From Entomortierella parvispora E1425 (lineage: Eukaryota > Fungi > Mortierellomycota), in contig BQFW01000015.1 of the NCBI GenBank assembly GCA_020891255.1, positions 1 to 64,000 on the forward strand: a DNA stretch of 64,000 bases. Direction: 5' to 3'. This document shows positions 36,871 through 49,942 of this stretch, piece by piece. A program made the translations under genes and the position numbers. The notes beneath the pieces were generated by a model, which ran no database searches, was not told the DNA's origin, and worked only from the letters and a program-made list of their open reading frames with translations. Position 1 is the stretch's first letter, and the number at the start of each line of letters is the position of its first letter.

Positions 36871-37426
36871 CGCTCAAAATGGAGCCTCTCCAGACCATGC
36901 GGTACATCCTGCCACCCATAGTGGAGGTTTTTATGGCTCTGAAAAATGGTCCCTAGCAGGAATAAAAAAAGGGTCGCGCATCCCACACATGGACCAACAC
37001 TGTACCCGTAACTGCAGACGTGAGCGGGTGCTGCCGATCAATGCATGCTGTTGATGGCGATTGCTCCTGCAACATTCTCCAGCCGATGATGTTGGTTTGG
37101 TTCCAGCTGGAATGAAGTGCATCCTTTTCGTGTTTTCGTTGGTTGTTGAAATGCGCTGTATTGACTCGCTCTTTGTCCATTTGCTTTAGAGAGGCGCTTG
37201 TCTTTGGTGCTCTTTGCTTCACGTTCGGAGAGTTCGCGAAGGCTGGCAAGAAAAACGGAATTGAGCCTGGATCAATCAGAGGAAAACAAGCGAGGCTCTA
37301 TGCATCGTCACCCCACGAGGTAAAAGGCTGACGGATCTCTAATAAGTACTATTCTTGTCTTCACTTCAAAATTCAAGCTGAAACTCCATTCATTATTGTT
37401 ACAAAGAGCCATTTCCGCCAACGGCA

Positions 37427-37610
37427 AAGCCAAATTTTTACATGCGCCAGAACCAATCTGTAGAAAAGACCGCTGTGGGGGGTTCTGGATACACGGTGTG
37501 AAAGCCAAATTTCTACATGCGCTGGAGGCAATCTGCAGAAAAGACCGATGCGAGACGCCCTGGATGCACGGTGTGAAGGCCAAATTTTTACATGCGCTAG
37601 AATCAATTAT
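37427..37610 (+). repeat. 75-bp tandem repeat, about 2.5 copies (25-aa unit KAKFLHAxExICRKDRC..)
   Basis: Visible in the DNA and in ORF 37396-37617. Confidence 0.75.
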
Positions 37611-38414
37611 CAGATAGCTGCAGCTGAGGACTATTATGAGCCAAGGTACCAGGGTCCCAGGACCTGACCTTGCCACCGAGAAAGTGCTCCAAATGACCCT
37701 AAAAACATCAATCGACCTCACGCCACCACCCTTGCAGGGGTTTAGCACAGGGGGCCCCCTCTGATGTTATGACCGGATTACGACGAGGAGGAGGAGGAGG
37801 AGGAGGCTGGACAGGACCAGGGTCCTGGGTTCCGGCTCAGTGTGGCGCAGGAGCAAGTGCTAAGGTCCAACATGGGCTATATTTATCTGAGCTATATTTT
37901 GTCACGGGCGCAGCTGGCACAGGAAAGTCGGAGTGTTGAAGGAGCTGTGTCGTCAATCCTCGGGCATGGGCAACAGGGCCAACAGAGGCAACAGACAAGA
38001 GACAAGCGACAGCGGCTGAGACCGACAACAGCTGCCACAAACGAGCCTGATCTGTCCAAGCGGACAACCTTTTTTTTTTTTTGTCGGTAGCCGCTGCAAA
38101 GTACGCATCCCAAGATCAGATCACCCCTCCCCTCGGAAGTGGATATGTACAACCTGTGGTGAAGCAGGCAGGGCTGCCACGAAGGGAGGAGAGGGAAGAG
38201 AGAGGGAAGAGAGAGGGAAGAGGAGGACAGACAAAATCAGAAGGACTCAGGGGCAATCAGCAGCGGGAGGGAAAAAAAGGACAGAGACATGGGCAAGGCC
38301 CGTCCATTATTCTTTCTTCTTCCTCGACCGTTCCATTTCATCTCCTACCTCGCTCTTCCATCTTGCAACCTGCATCCATGCCATACGATTGCCTTCCATC
38401 GCTCTTGCGTCATC

Positions 38415-38540
38415 CATCTTGTCGCCTCCATCTTGTCGCCTCCATCTTGTCGCCTCCATCTTGTCGCCTCCATCTTGTCGCCTCCATCTTGTCGCCTCCA
38501 TCTTGTCGCCTCCATCTTGTCGCCTCCATCTTGTCGCCTC
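38415..38540. repeat. 14-bp minisatellite (catcttgtcgcctc) x9; single copy in the paralogs at ~23473 and ~58047
   Basis: Direct count. Confidence 0.95.
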
Positions 38541-40587
38541 CATCTTTCTCGACTCTTACATCCTCTCCGTCCTTTGTGTCCATCTCATCTCTTTCATCGT
38601 CCATGTCCATGATGCTCTTCTCTCCTATTGCATCCCACAACTCCCTCCTTCGCATCATCTCTTTGAAGGCTGAGGCGGGAAGGTCAATTGAGAGGGTCTC
38701 AAATGAGAAAGTAGATGACTCGATGAGAAAAGTAGATGGCGCGATGAGAAAAGTAGATGGCGTGAGGAGAAAAGTAGATGGCTAGAAAAAAATAAATAGA
38801 TACCGAAAGAGGAGAGAAGCGCAGATGAGTGGCTGCTAGAAGGATAGGATACGGGTGAGTCGCGCCAGAGACGAGCGCGTTTTCATGGGTCGCGTCAACA
38901 TAAAAACCGCGGACAGGGAGGGCCCAGCACAGATTTTTTTTACAGGGCCCTAGCACAGACTATTTTACTGCCAATTGAAAACTGGTCAATATCCATTCTT
39001 GTCTCGTCCCCACTTCGTTCGAGTGCGTCTCGCCTGTTTACTCGGCGTTTCTATAACACTACCAAAGAGATTATTCTTGCCAAAGCATCCGCAAAGGAGG
39101 CCACAGCACAAGCTGCAAGAATAAAAAAAAAAAAAAGCAAAAGTGTATAGGTATATGATATCCAGGATCTACATCGCAAACAACATCCCATTGCCGGGTT
39201 GCCCGGCCATTAGAGCCTTCTATCGGAACCCCTCTTTGTTTCAATGATGGGGTGATCGCGACGGGTTACAACAAGGGCACTTAGTCATGACTTCATAGGC
39301 AAGATGGAAGGGATTTATTCTTTGGACATTCGTCCCATGGCAGAACAAAAGGCGTGAGGGTTGACTTGTATAGTCTACTGTATTAATTGCGTGAGCAGGG
39401 GGTCATTGAAGCCTCCATCAACTGAGTAGAGTAGTGTGTTCTCGACCATCCTACCATCCTAAGCGAATAGACAATTTGCAGAGGCCAATCTTTTGATTTA
39501 CCTGTATTCAAGAGCTGCCCGACAGTGGTGGATGGATAAGATTGATCATGGAGCAACTGATGGGGCGGTGGATGGACAAGGTAGATTATGGAGCAACTGA
39601 TGGTGCGGTGGATGGACAAGGTAGATCATGGAGCAATTGATGGGCGGAAGATGGACAAGGTAGATCATGGGGCAACTGATGGGCTGGTGAATGGATTAAA
39701 GTTAATCAAGATCAACCAATGATAGTTCATCGCCAGCTCCCTCTGCTGCTGTCTCGTTCCAGCTTTGTTTGCGGTATAAATACATCCAGGTCGCCTCGAT
39801 CGCGCCCACGCCCATTCTGCAGTTTCTGACTCAACTCTCTACCTTAAAACCTCCAGCACCATCATCTCTTCCCGAGCTTTCACCTGATTTTCCTTGATCT
39901 GAGTGCCAGTCTGACCCAAAGGCCGCTCTGAATCATATTTTGTCAGGTACGTGATGTGAGATATCTGTTCATCTACCAGCCTGCCTCAGAATTCTCTCTA
40001 ACATCAATATTTTCTATCAGACCTGCTGTTGGTTTTCCCTGAGAAAAGTGCCATCTACCTCAAAGACCCTCTCGAAGACCAGATCCTCTCTTTGATCTCC
40101 AAGTACGTCTACTAAGAGTATCCATCTGTTCTTCTATCTACATGTATCTACCAGCTTCGGAACTAATACTAAAAAACACTTCTTTATCTTCAAGTTCGAC
40201 CTCGATTTTAGTGCTTGGTTCCTCCTTCGCAGAGTACCGGTCTGCCTCAAAGGCCTCCCTTCTGAAGACCAAGAAATCTACCTATTGATCGTCAGAGGTA
40301 TGTAACTACAGGGTGCTTCTTCATCTATCTACTTGCTTCTGGACCCTCCCTAAACCAAACTTTTATCCACAGGTTCATGCCGAGCAATTGTTCTTGAGTA
40401 ACTGTCCGCTTCAAAAAAACCTTCCCAAACCCCAAAAAACACGAGATTCCTTCCAACTGTCCAGTATTCCTTGTCGGGTATGCAGCACAAAATCAAAATA
40501 TCAAAAAAAAAAAAAAAAAAAAAAAGGTCGAAAGTCCTGAATACTGACAGATGATCCTTTTCAACAATATAGAGCAAGCCTCTCGCC

Positions 40588-42978
40588 ATGGCCCCACCTT
40601 TACCTTGGAACGAAAACGTGAATCGACTAGAGGCTGAGGAACTCGTCCAGAGATTTGGCAGACTCTGGCCTACACGCTGTGAGAATGCCGATTGCAATAA
40701 GCGTTTCCCACGGTCCTTCTACAAGGATCAAGTGTGCTCGCAGGGCTCAAACATCCGCCGCTTCCGTTGTGGCGGTTGTAAAAGTACCTTTAAAGTCCAA
40801 AAAATGCTGGAGACTCTGCGTGTCGTTAGTCGTGATCCCGCAAAAGCTGAACGAGTAGTCCGTAGAAATGCGGAAGCGTATAGGAGGGAGGCGACGACAG
40901 GGGTCCTTATTAATGTTGTACACCCTACTACCCACGCTGTATGCTCCGTTGACAATATGGAACTCCCTGCCCCTCAAGATGGGGCCTCTATGGACCATGC
41001 GGAACACCCTGCCACTCAAGATGGAGCCTCTGCGGACCATGCGGTACATCCTGCCACTGAAGATGGGGCCTCTGTGGACCATGCAGAACACCCTGCCACT
41101 CAAGATGGGGCCTCTGCGGATCATAATGGTACCCCATGGCACTTGATCGGTCATAGCCTGCTGTCAGACACCGAATCAGTGCACGAGCTTGACGATTACG
41201 ATTCTGGCACAATGGTGATTTCCTCGACCCCGCTGCAACCTGCTTTGGGTACCCAAATTTCTCGCCTTGGATCTCCCCTGACACAGCAGCACCGGCACTC
41301 CCAGTACCCGCACTGGTCGCCTGACTCTCTGCAGCCCTCTCAGTCAGTTGCCAACAGTCAGTCATCGTTAAGCTTCATCGTTGATGATCAGTCACAAATT
41401 GATCCACAAGCAAGCCAGATGGGCTCCTCATCCCCCACTTTGAGCCTCCACCCCTCACAGTGGACACCGATGTCAGGGGGAACTCCGATACAGACTGTAG
41501 CCTTGGCATCTGGATCCACTCTGCCAGCCTTCCAAAGTTCTCCTCTCAGGGCGGGTCAAGAGCTCTCGCACACACACAGTTCCTCTCCCAGGCCATCATC
41601 TGTTGCATTGGGGAAACGTCGTCGCGCGGAGACTCCTGAATCTACTGAGCCAGATTCGCAGAGTTTTCCGCCTGGGGCGGATCAAGAGCTCTCGCGTCAG
41701 CACATGTCCCCTCCCAGACTATCATCTGCTGCATTGGGAATACGACGCCACGCGGAGGGCTGCATGGAGGAAACTACCTGTCAAAAGGAGCAGCCACAGC
41801 GTACTGAGGGTCAACCTTTATTCCGAGAGCAGGCTGTCGAGCTATTTACAGCCCAATTGGCGCAATTGGAAGCTCGACTCGAAGTCCAACTTGCAACCCA
41901 ACTTCAAGCCGTCATCCAAGCAGAAGTGACAGAGCTCTTCCGTCTGCAACGCGAGTCCAACCAAGCACCACTGACAGCGGAGGCAGACTCCCGGCCACCT
42001 GTCATTCCCGCAACTCGAGTCCAGGCCGGTCTAGCAAAGCCTGTTCGAGTTCGTATCGACTCTGTTCGGCCGCGCCAAGCTCAGCCTGCCTCTCCTCGGT
42101 CCCATTCTGCAGCCAGATCACCGGCAGCAGTTTCTGCTGTTGCCTCGCAGTCCAATTCGCCTGCCAAAGCAAGAACCAAGGCAACAGTTAACGCTGGTGC
42201 TGCTCGCCAAGGTCCTAGTAAGGCTCAGATGGACATTGTCAAGTCCATGAAGCCTCCAAGACCTTTCAGAGCACGCAAAACTGCTGCCGAGGCCGCAAGA
42301 CCAACGATTGCTCCTGTCCGAGTATATTTTTCTGGTGTTCAGTCCGGGCCTCTCAAGGTTTTCAAGGCAAAGTTGCGTGGTTTGAGAATTTGTACCTCAC
42401 TGATTTACAACATCTCATTTGTTGGGAAGTCTATGTGCGAATTTTTGGTCGATGCTGCCTACCGAGCCAAGTTCATTGAGTCTATGAAAAGCTTCACTTT
42501 CAGACACTTGCCCAACTATGACCCAGCCGTTCCTCAAGATCCCAATGTCACTGAAGAGACTGCAGAGCTTCTGAGAGGGGCGTACATTCGCCGCCTTGAA
42601 ACAACGGCTTCAACGACCAACCGCGATTTCGTGCGAGATGATTTCCTGAGCATGCTTGCTGCAGCAGATCCCACAGCTCCCACATCTGCCACAGATCTCC
42701 CTGATCTCTCTGGACCGATGGACACTGGCACTGTTGCCGCGACGGCCTCTGCTTCTTCCGGGCTGGTGGAAACTGATATCCCTCTGACTGGTGCTGCTTC
42801 TGAAGCCGCCTCTGCTGCAATGGATATTGATCCCCCCCTGGCTGCTACTGCAACCGCCTCTGATTCTGAGCTAGTTGACACTCATACGCATCCCGCTGCC
42901 GAAGACACAGCTGGTGCCAGTGCTGACGCTCTAAGCGCTAATGAGGAACCCACACGCCCCGCTTCCTCTCATGAATAA
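40588..42978 (+). CDS. Non-LTR retrotransposon ORF1, copy B, intact 796 aa
   Basis: N-terminal C-x4-C..C-x2-C motif, 14-aa repeats, coiled-coil-like AQLAQLEARLE, globular C-terminal block; the stop overlaps the ORF2 ATG. Confidence 0.9.
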   Translation: MAPPLPWNENVNRLEAEELVQRFGRLWPTRCENADCNKRFPRSFYKDQVCSQGSNIRRFRCGGCKSTFKVQKMLETLRVVSRDPAKAERVVRRNAEAYRREATTGVLINVVHPTTHAVCSVDNMELPAPQDGASMDHAEHPATQDGASADHAVHPATEDGASVDHAEHPATQDGASADHNGTPWHLIGHSLLSDTESVHELDDYDSGTMVISSTPLQPALGTQISRLGSPLTQQHRHSQYPHWSPDSLQPSQSVANSQSSLSFIVDDQSQIDPQASQMGSSSPTLSLHPSQWTPMSGGTPIQTVALASGSTLPAFQSSPLRAGQELSHTHSSSPRPSSVALGKRRRAETPESTEPDSQSFPPGADQELSRQHMSPPRLSSAALGIRRHAEGCMEETTCQKEQPQRTEGQPLFREQAVELFTAQLAQLEARLEVQLATQLQAVIQAEVTELFRLQRESNQAPLTAEADSRPPVIPATRVQAGLAKPVRVRIDSVRPRQAQPASPRSHSAARSPAAVSAVASQSNSPAKARTKATVNAGAARQGPSKAQMDIVKSMKPPRPFRARKTAAEAARPTIAPVRVYFSGVQSGPLKVFKAKLRGLRICTSLIYNISFVGKSMCEFLVDAAYRAKFIESMKSFTFRHLPNYDPAVPQDPNVTEETAELLRGAYIRRLETTASTTNRDFVRDDFLSMLAAADPTAPTSATDLPDLSGPMDTGTVAATASASSGLVETDIPLTGAASEAASAAMDIDPPLAATATASDSELVDTHTHPAAEDTAGASADALSANEEPTRPASSHE

Positions 42979-45900
42979 TCAGGTCCTCCGTACTGGTTAC
43001 TTGAACTGCCGCGGTCTTCAGGCAGGTTCATTTGACAGAATCGTTTCTTTCGTTTCTGGCCCATCCCCCCCTTCGATATCATCTTCTTATCAGAGACATG
43101 GTATATCTGCCCTGACTATTACAGTCGCCATCCTCTCTTCCTTTGTTCTACGCCCATACCTGGAAGTCGACCAGTTAATGGCCGGCTTTATGGTGGTATC
43201 ATCTGTGTTGTCTCCCACCAACTCAAGCGATCACACTGCACCTTTTCAGTCACTCGGCACTCAATTGACGTGTCCATCTTTGGCACCAACATCCGCGCCT
43301 TATATCTTCCTCCTTCTCTCAAGAACCCCAGCTTCCGTTCAGCTTTGTTCGATCCCGTCGCCCACCTTTCTTCGAGATCTCGTCCAGATATTCTTCTCGG
43401 AGACATCAACACCAAGCTAGGAGAACCAAACCTTCCCCCCCCTATCGGTGAACGTGTCACCATAGTTCAGGAGCTGGTCCATCATTACCATTACAACCGA
43501 GTTTTCCCCTCTTCTGTCTACGCCAAGAACCATCATGTATTGGCTCGCTTTCACCCAGACTTCTCTTGGAGGTATGAACGGGTTGACCCCTCAGTATGGA
43601 CAGATACGGACCACAGTCTCATGTCTTGCAAGTTCACGCCTCGTGATATACATGATACTGGCACTACCGACGAGTGTTACCGTATCAGTCTGAAGTACTT
43701 GGAACTAAAAGCAGTTCGTTCTCTCTGCTGTGGTTACTACATGGAACTGGCCAACCAATTCGACAAGTTTATCATGGACACTGTATCGCGCGTACGGCGA
43801 CTCTCTGACGCGCGTTCTTTGGATGGAGTTTCCCTCCAAGACAGACAAGCAGTGGTGGATCATCTTGACGATTGTCTTTCTTCAGCTATCTTGACAGCGG
43901 CTGAAGAAGCATGCGGCTCTTATGTCCCCAGCGTCATTCGTACTACTCCAGACAAGCTCTCTGATTCTTTGTCTTCGGTCCCGAAGATGAATGACGCCAT
44001 CCGTATCTTCAAACGAGCGTGTCGCAGCCAGGTGGTGGCTCTGAAATCTCGGGACCCTACCATCTCTCCAGTGGCAGATGTTGTCTCGCACTACAGGTCT
44101 GTTTTCACTCAGCCCGATCCACGATTCCTACCTGCGGCTCGATCCCCTTACCGTGGCATCTCCTTTGAGCCTGATCCTGGCTTGGACGATATGTTTACGA
44201 AGGATAACATGCAAGCAATCTGGAAGAAATACCCGACCAACGCCTCTGGTGGAGAGGATGGGATCCATGTCCAACTCCTACGAGCACTTCAAGGCACCGA
44301 GCTTCCAGAACACATTGCTGGCCTTTTTCAGGATTTGCTGTTTGCTCGGTGTCACGCCATCATCATGGAATGTCTCCGTAATCAATCCTATTCCGAAGAC
44401 AGAGGGTGCTACGACCATTGACAAATTCCGGCCAATTTCCCTTACATTGATGATTCGGCGGACCTTCGAAAAGTTCTTTTTGGGACATCTTTTGGAGTCT
44501 GATGCCTCCAAGCTTCATCACACTCAAGCTGGCTTCCGTAACGGATTTTCAACTTTGACTCATGCATTGGTTGCTGACGACTGTGCTATCCGCGGACAAA
44601 AGTATCGTGTCTTTTACGATTTTGCCCAAGCATATGATACAGTCCCAGTGCCTCTGCTACTTTCAAAGATGAAAACCCGAGGAGCATCCGCTCAGATTTT
44701 GTCGCTCGTAGACGCCCTCTTTGTCGGCACATCTACTAAGGTTATCGTCAATGGGAGGCAGACAGAGTCTATTCCCCTGAGCCGAGGCCTGCTCCAAGGC
44801 TCCATCTTGTCTCCTCTATTGTTTGACATCTTTATCGACGACCTGGCTCACAAGCTTAACAAGGATACTCCGGACCCGAAGAAAATACCGCGAGCGCTGT
44901 TGTACGCCGACGATATAACAGCTGGATCCCATGCACTGCACCACTTGCAAGTTACTTCCAATGACTTGGTCGACTGGTGCCACGAGAACGGTATGACGAT
45001 CAATCTCGCTAAATGCGGGGTGGTTGGTCTGACCCATGGTGATCGTGACTTGGTCCTTCGCGGTATTGGCCCAATCCCTCGGGTTGAATGCTACAACTAC
45101 CTTGGATTCCCATACAAATCCAGAGGGATCGACTGGGCTGAACACTTGAAATCCATGGCTTTAAAAGCATCAAAGACTCTGAAGTTCTGCGAAGCCAGGG
45201 GTAATTCCAAGTGGTCTGCAGGTCTACGGCTAGCTTTGTATCGCGCGTTTGTCCGCTCTAGAATGGAATATGGTGCAGGCATCATGTACCACTGGATCCA
45301 GAATGACAGCAAGTCTAGGACAGAGCACTTGAAGGCTATAGCGACAGTCCAAGACGCGGCCCTGAAATGGATTTTTGGAGTTCAAGGACCCTACAAAGGT
45401 TACTCACTCATTTCTTGCCTTGCCAACTATCTACGTGCGATTCTCCGACTTGGCCTGCCTCCTTACGGACCACTTTATTGGAATGGATGGGAACAACCCA
45501 GCAAGAACCCTCCGTGATGTCCTCTTCGGCAATGTTGGCCGAAATAAGGACCGGATTCTTCCAAAGTGCCACAAGCACCCGGACCGCCTGTTGTATCAAA
45601 ATTATCTGGCAAGACTTAGAAGAGAAGAAAAAGTCGATTCATTGAAGGTCTGGCTGCGGAAGAGGTTCCTTGACGAGTGCTTCCGGACGCTGCGGCTTTG
45701 CAAGTATTTCGAGCCTCAGATGCGCACGAGAGGTATAGGGCCTGTTACCGCCATCTACTTCAAGTCACTCCGCCTACGCAAGAACGCAATTGCTTGGCAC
45801 CTGAACAAATTCGCTTGTGGAGCGCGCTGTTCGGAATGCAACAACATTTTTCATCAAACCCATGTTGTCGATTGCGGCTGGCAAGAAAAGCTCCTTGATC

Positions 45901-46073
45901 GTGCCCCTCCGAAAGTTGTTGCCACCTTCTTGGCTCTGCCCCCGCTTGCACCAAACAAGTGTCGTCCCAACTTCGTCGACTTCCTCCTCAAGGAGAGGCA
46001 CCTTGCCTCCTTGGCCGAGGCATTTGGCTGGTTGGAATTCTGGATGCGTCCTCGGGAAAACTACGATGTATAG
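42971..46073 (+). CDS. Non-LTR retrotransposon ORF2 (APE-RT), copy B, homopolymer frameshifts at sites different from copy A
   Basis: Same motifs as 4038-7129. Confidence 0.95.
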
Positions 46074-49000
46074 TCTTGGATGTTGTCTGTCAGTCAGTCA
46101 GTCTTTTTTTTTTTTTTTTTTTTTTTTTTTGTTCGTGCTCCCTCGCGCCAGAAAAAAAAATAAAATAAAAAAAAAATTGACTACAATTGCTGCCACCCTG
46201 CTCAGATCGTTGCTGCCCCATGTCTTCTCTCCTAGTAAGTGTTGATCATTACGAAAGAAGATATCTCATTCTAACGACCTCCATGGTCTTTATTGTCCAT
46301 ATTGTCCAGCAATTAGTCCATCCAGTTGATGACATCTGCTCCTTTTTGCCCGTGTCCTCACACTTCTCGTATTCGCTCCCTTGGTAAGCATCTGCTCTTC
46401 ACGCCTACAATACCCCTTTCAATGGAAGAGAGATAGAAAGAAAGAGCAATCGTTCTAACCATTTCAACTGCTTTGTCCATAGAGTTAAGAATGTCAATGG
46501 TATATATCTCCTCGGTCCTTTGAATCCTTGCTGTCAATTCAAGCGGCTGTCTCCTTTTCGCCTACTCTGCTCCCTGCTTCCGTGGCGGCGCCTTGCGGCC
46601 TTGACATGATCTGAACTGACAGGGGTTCTGGGGGTCGAGACTGGGCCTCTTTTTTTTTTTTTTTTTTTTTTTTTGCTCCAAAAAAAAAACATTCAGCTTC
46701 CAAGCTGCAGATGGCGGCTGTTCCTGCCCGGTTGTTATATCTGCTCTAGTTTCAGTAAGTGCAGCCTACAATTCATACATTCGATGTTCCCTACTGAGGA
46801 AGATAAACGGAGAAAGTATTTCAACTGACGGCTTTAGTTGATTTTATATCCTACGTAGTCTGACCCAGCGTCTGGTCTTCGGTCCTCCATTCAGGTGAGA
46901 TGTTTCCATTCTTCCGCCTCTTCCTTGCAGACCGTTGCCACATTGTCATTGTGATTGCTCCTACCATGTCAAAGGCGCCCTTTTCTGGTCTTCTCTCCGG
47001 ACTTCCATCCTGGCCAATTGGTCTTTTTCAGCCCACTCATACCTGCTTACTCCTCTTGTAGCGGCAACTTGCGGTCTTGACTCAACTTTACGGTTTCCTG
47101 GGAGTAGACGTCGTAATTTCATCATGGCATGGACCACAGGAGCTTTGTTACATGGTTTGGACACATCCTTTCTGTCTTGCTTCCATGTCTATTCCCTGCG
47201 GTGAGTGAAGTTGGCTTGTATGGAAGAGAGATAAAGAAAACTTATTCTAACGCCCCCTCTTGTTTCATCGTCCATGTAGTCGGGCATGTTGACAGCGTCT
47301 GCTCGCCTCGGCTCTAGCCAGTTCCATGTTCCTTGCGATCATTGCCCTAAGTTTTTGACTGACCGGAACTCTGGATCGGGCGCTGGTTCTTTTTGATGGC
47401 GAGGTCCGTCTCCGCTCAAAAAAGAAAGGAGGGGCAGCCGTCACAGTTCTGTTGTCCCATGTCTGGTCCGGTCCATGTCTTCCGCTGAATCGTTGAATAC
47501 CAACTTTATGCTGGCCAGAAATCCCTCCTGCCCCTGTCGGGTCGGGGCACCAAGGATAGAAACCACATTCACGATTCGCATGCGTGAGTCCTGGATCTGG
47601 GTTAAGGTCTGCCCTCGTTGTCGTCTATGGCTGCTTCCTGGAGTCCTTCAGTCGAAATGCCTATCGTTGCCTGTCGACTCCATGCTGGCTCTTTCAATCA
47701 AGCTGTTGCATGTGTCATTACATGTCATCTCCAAGCCGCTCTTTCGATGAGGTTGATCTGCCCACCTTTGAAGAACCTCTCCTACTACCTCCGAGGACTG
47801 GGTGTTCAAAGGCTGAACCCAAAAGCCCGCCCATATGGGTCTTGAGTTTTTGGCATGAAAGACTGGCATTGTTCCTGCTGCTCCGCGGTCTCGACTCAAG
47901 TTTCTGGTTTTCTGAAGCGCTGGGAGCTACATCTTGGGTCTGTTTCGTGAACCATATTCGCAAAAAAGAAACAAACTGGCTGTATCCTGCCGTTCCTACC
48001 GTTCCTGCAGTCCTGGAAGTTGCATCCGTTCGTATGGTAAGTTTTTTGGGGCGTGTCGTTGAAAAGAGACAAAGACGGATGGGCAGCTCCAACGAGGACG
48101 AGAATCGAGTACGAGATGGTTGACGCACGTGATGTGCCTTTTTTTCGTTTTTTTTTTTTTTTTTTTTGTCCGCAGCCAAGCATGTTCAGGAAGACAGGGT
48201 ATCCTCAGCCTCAGACCTCACAGCACTGGTCTAGTCGACAGGAGTTCGGAGGAGGGGTCCTTGATTGTGTGGTTCGTTGCCCGCTTAGAAAAAAAGAGTT
48301 CCTGGCCTGCTTTGTTGCAAATCCCACTTGTTCAATCCGCTTCTATGGTAAGTGTTGTTCCTCACGCGTTTGAAAGCCTCTCGTGCAAAAAGACAAATGG
48401 AGGGACAATCGTTCTAACCCTTCCCATGTTGTCGATATAATCAGGCAGGCTACTTATCTTTGTTCACACCGCCGTTTTATTCGCTCCTTTGGTAAGTGTC
48501 TGCCACGCCTGTGATACTGTGATATCCCTTTCGAGGGATAGAAAAAAAAAAGCAATCGTTCTAACGACTTTAGCTGATTTTATTGTCGATATAGTCAAGA
48601 GCGTCAACGGTATCCATTCTCCTCGATCCTTGAGCTCCTTGCCGTCAATCCAAGTGGGCTGATTCTTTTTCGCCTACTACGATTCCTGCTTTAGAGACGG
48701 CGCCTAGTGGCTTTTGCATGAGTCCTAGACAAACTCGCACACTTGACTAGGTGTGGTCTGATTCCACGCAAAATAGCAAGAGGAGAGGGCCGTTGCTGGG
48801 TCGTCGTCGATAAGTTCGTTCCAGTATTCCTTGGGGTCGAGCCGTTGAATATTGCCTCCGTGATGATTTCTCAGTCAAGTTTATCACCCTCATCGATACC
48901 AAGGCGATGAAGGGTGAATCCATCACCCAATCGGTACTCAAGAATCCTGGATCTCCGTTGAGAATTGCTACCGTTGTCGCCTGTGGCCGCTTCCTGGAGT

Positions 49001-49894
49001 CTTTCGGTCGAACTGATGCCTGTCGTTACCTGTCAACCACATGTTGGCCCACTCAGTCACATTGTTGCCTGTCGCTGCCTGTCAACTCCATGCTGGTCTG
49101 CTTAGTCAAGTTGTTGCCAGGCGTTGCTTGTCGACTCCTGCCTGGTCTATTCAGTCAAGTTGCTGCATGTGACATTACATGTCATCATCATGCTGTCCAT
49201 CCAGCCAAGCTGGATTGCCCTCCTTTGACCCTCCGCTCCTGCTCCTTCCGAGGACCGGATGTCAGAAGGATGAGCCCATAACCTGCACCTGTGGGTCTTG
49301 AGGTTTTGCATGAAAACCTGCGTTGTCCTGCTTCTGCACGGTCTCGATTCAAGTTTCTGGTTTTCTAAAACGCCGGAGCCATGCCTCGAGTCTAGTACTT
49401 TTTGTTGCATGGGTCCACATTCGCACAGAAGACATAGACTGGTTGCACCCTGCTGTCCTTGCTGTCCTGGATGTTGCATCCGTTCGTACGGTAAGTTTGA
49501 GAAGAGTATCTTTTGAAGAACGGGGAAAGAGTGATTTCTCAGAGCCGCAAAGGCAAAATGAAAGAAAAATTGCGACAAGCCACGGACAGCGGAAAGGGAA
49601 AAAAAAGAAATGCATTCTAACGTGGTCTCTTCTTGCTGTTGCCAACCTAGCCAAGCATGTTCAGGCCAGCATGTCTCTTTTGGCTTGCGGACAAGGGTTT
49701 CCGTTTCCTTCTCCAGTGACCTTGACCTAGGTTCTGACTCGACTGAAGTTTCGAATCAGGTCGAGGTCGGGGGGTTTTTTTCTGGTTGTGTGGTCCGTCT
49801 GACGCTTTGCAAAATGAAACGACTTTCTGCACTGCCCGCTCCTCTGGTAAGCAAGGCGACTCTTCACGCGTCTGAAATCCCTCCCAAGGAAAGA

Positions 49895-49942
<48 letters not shown>

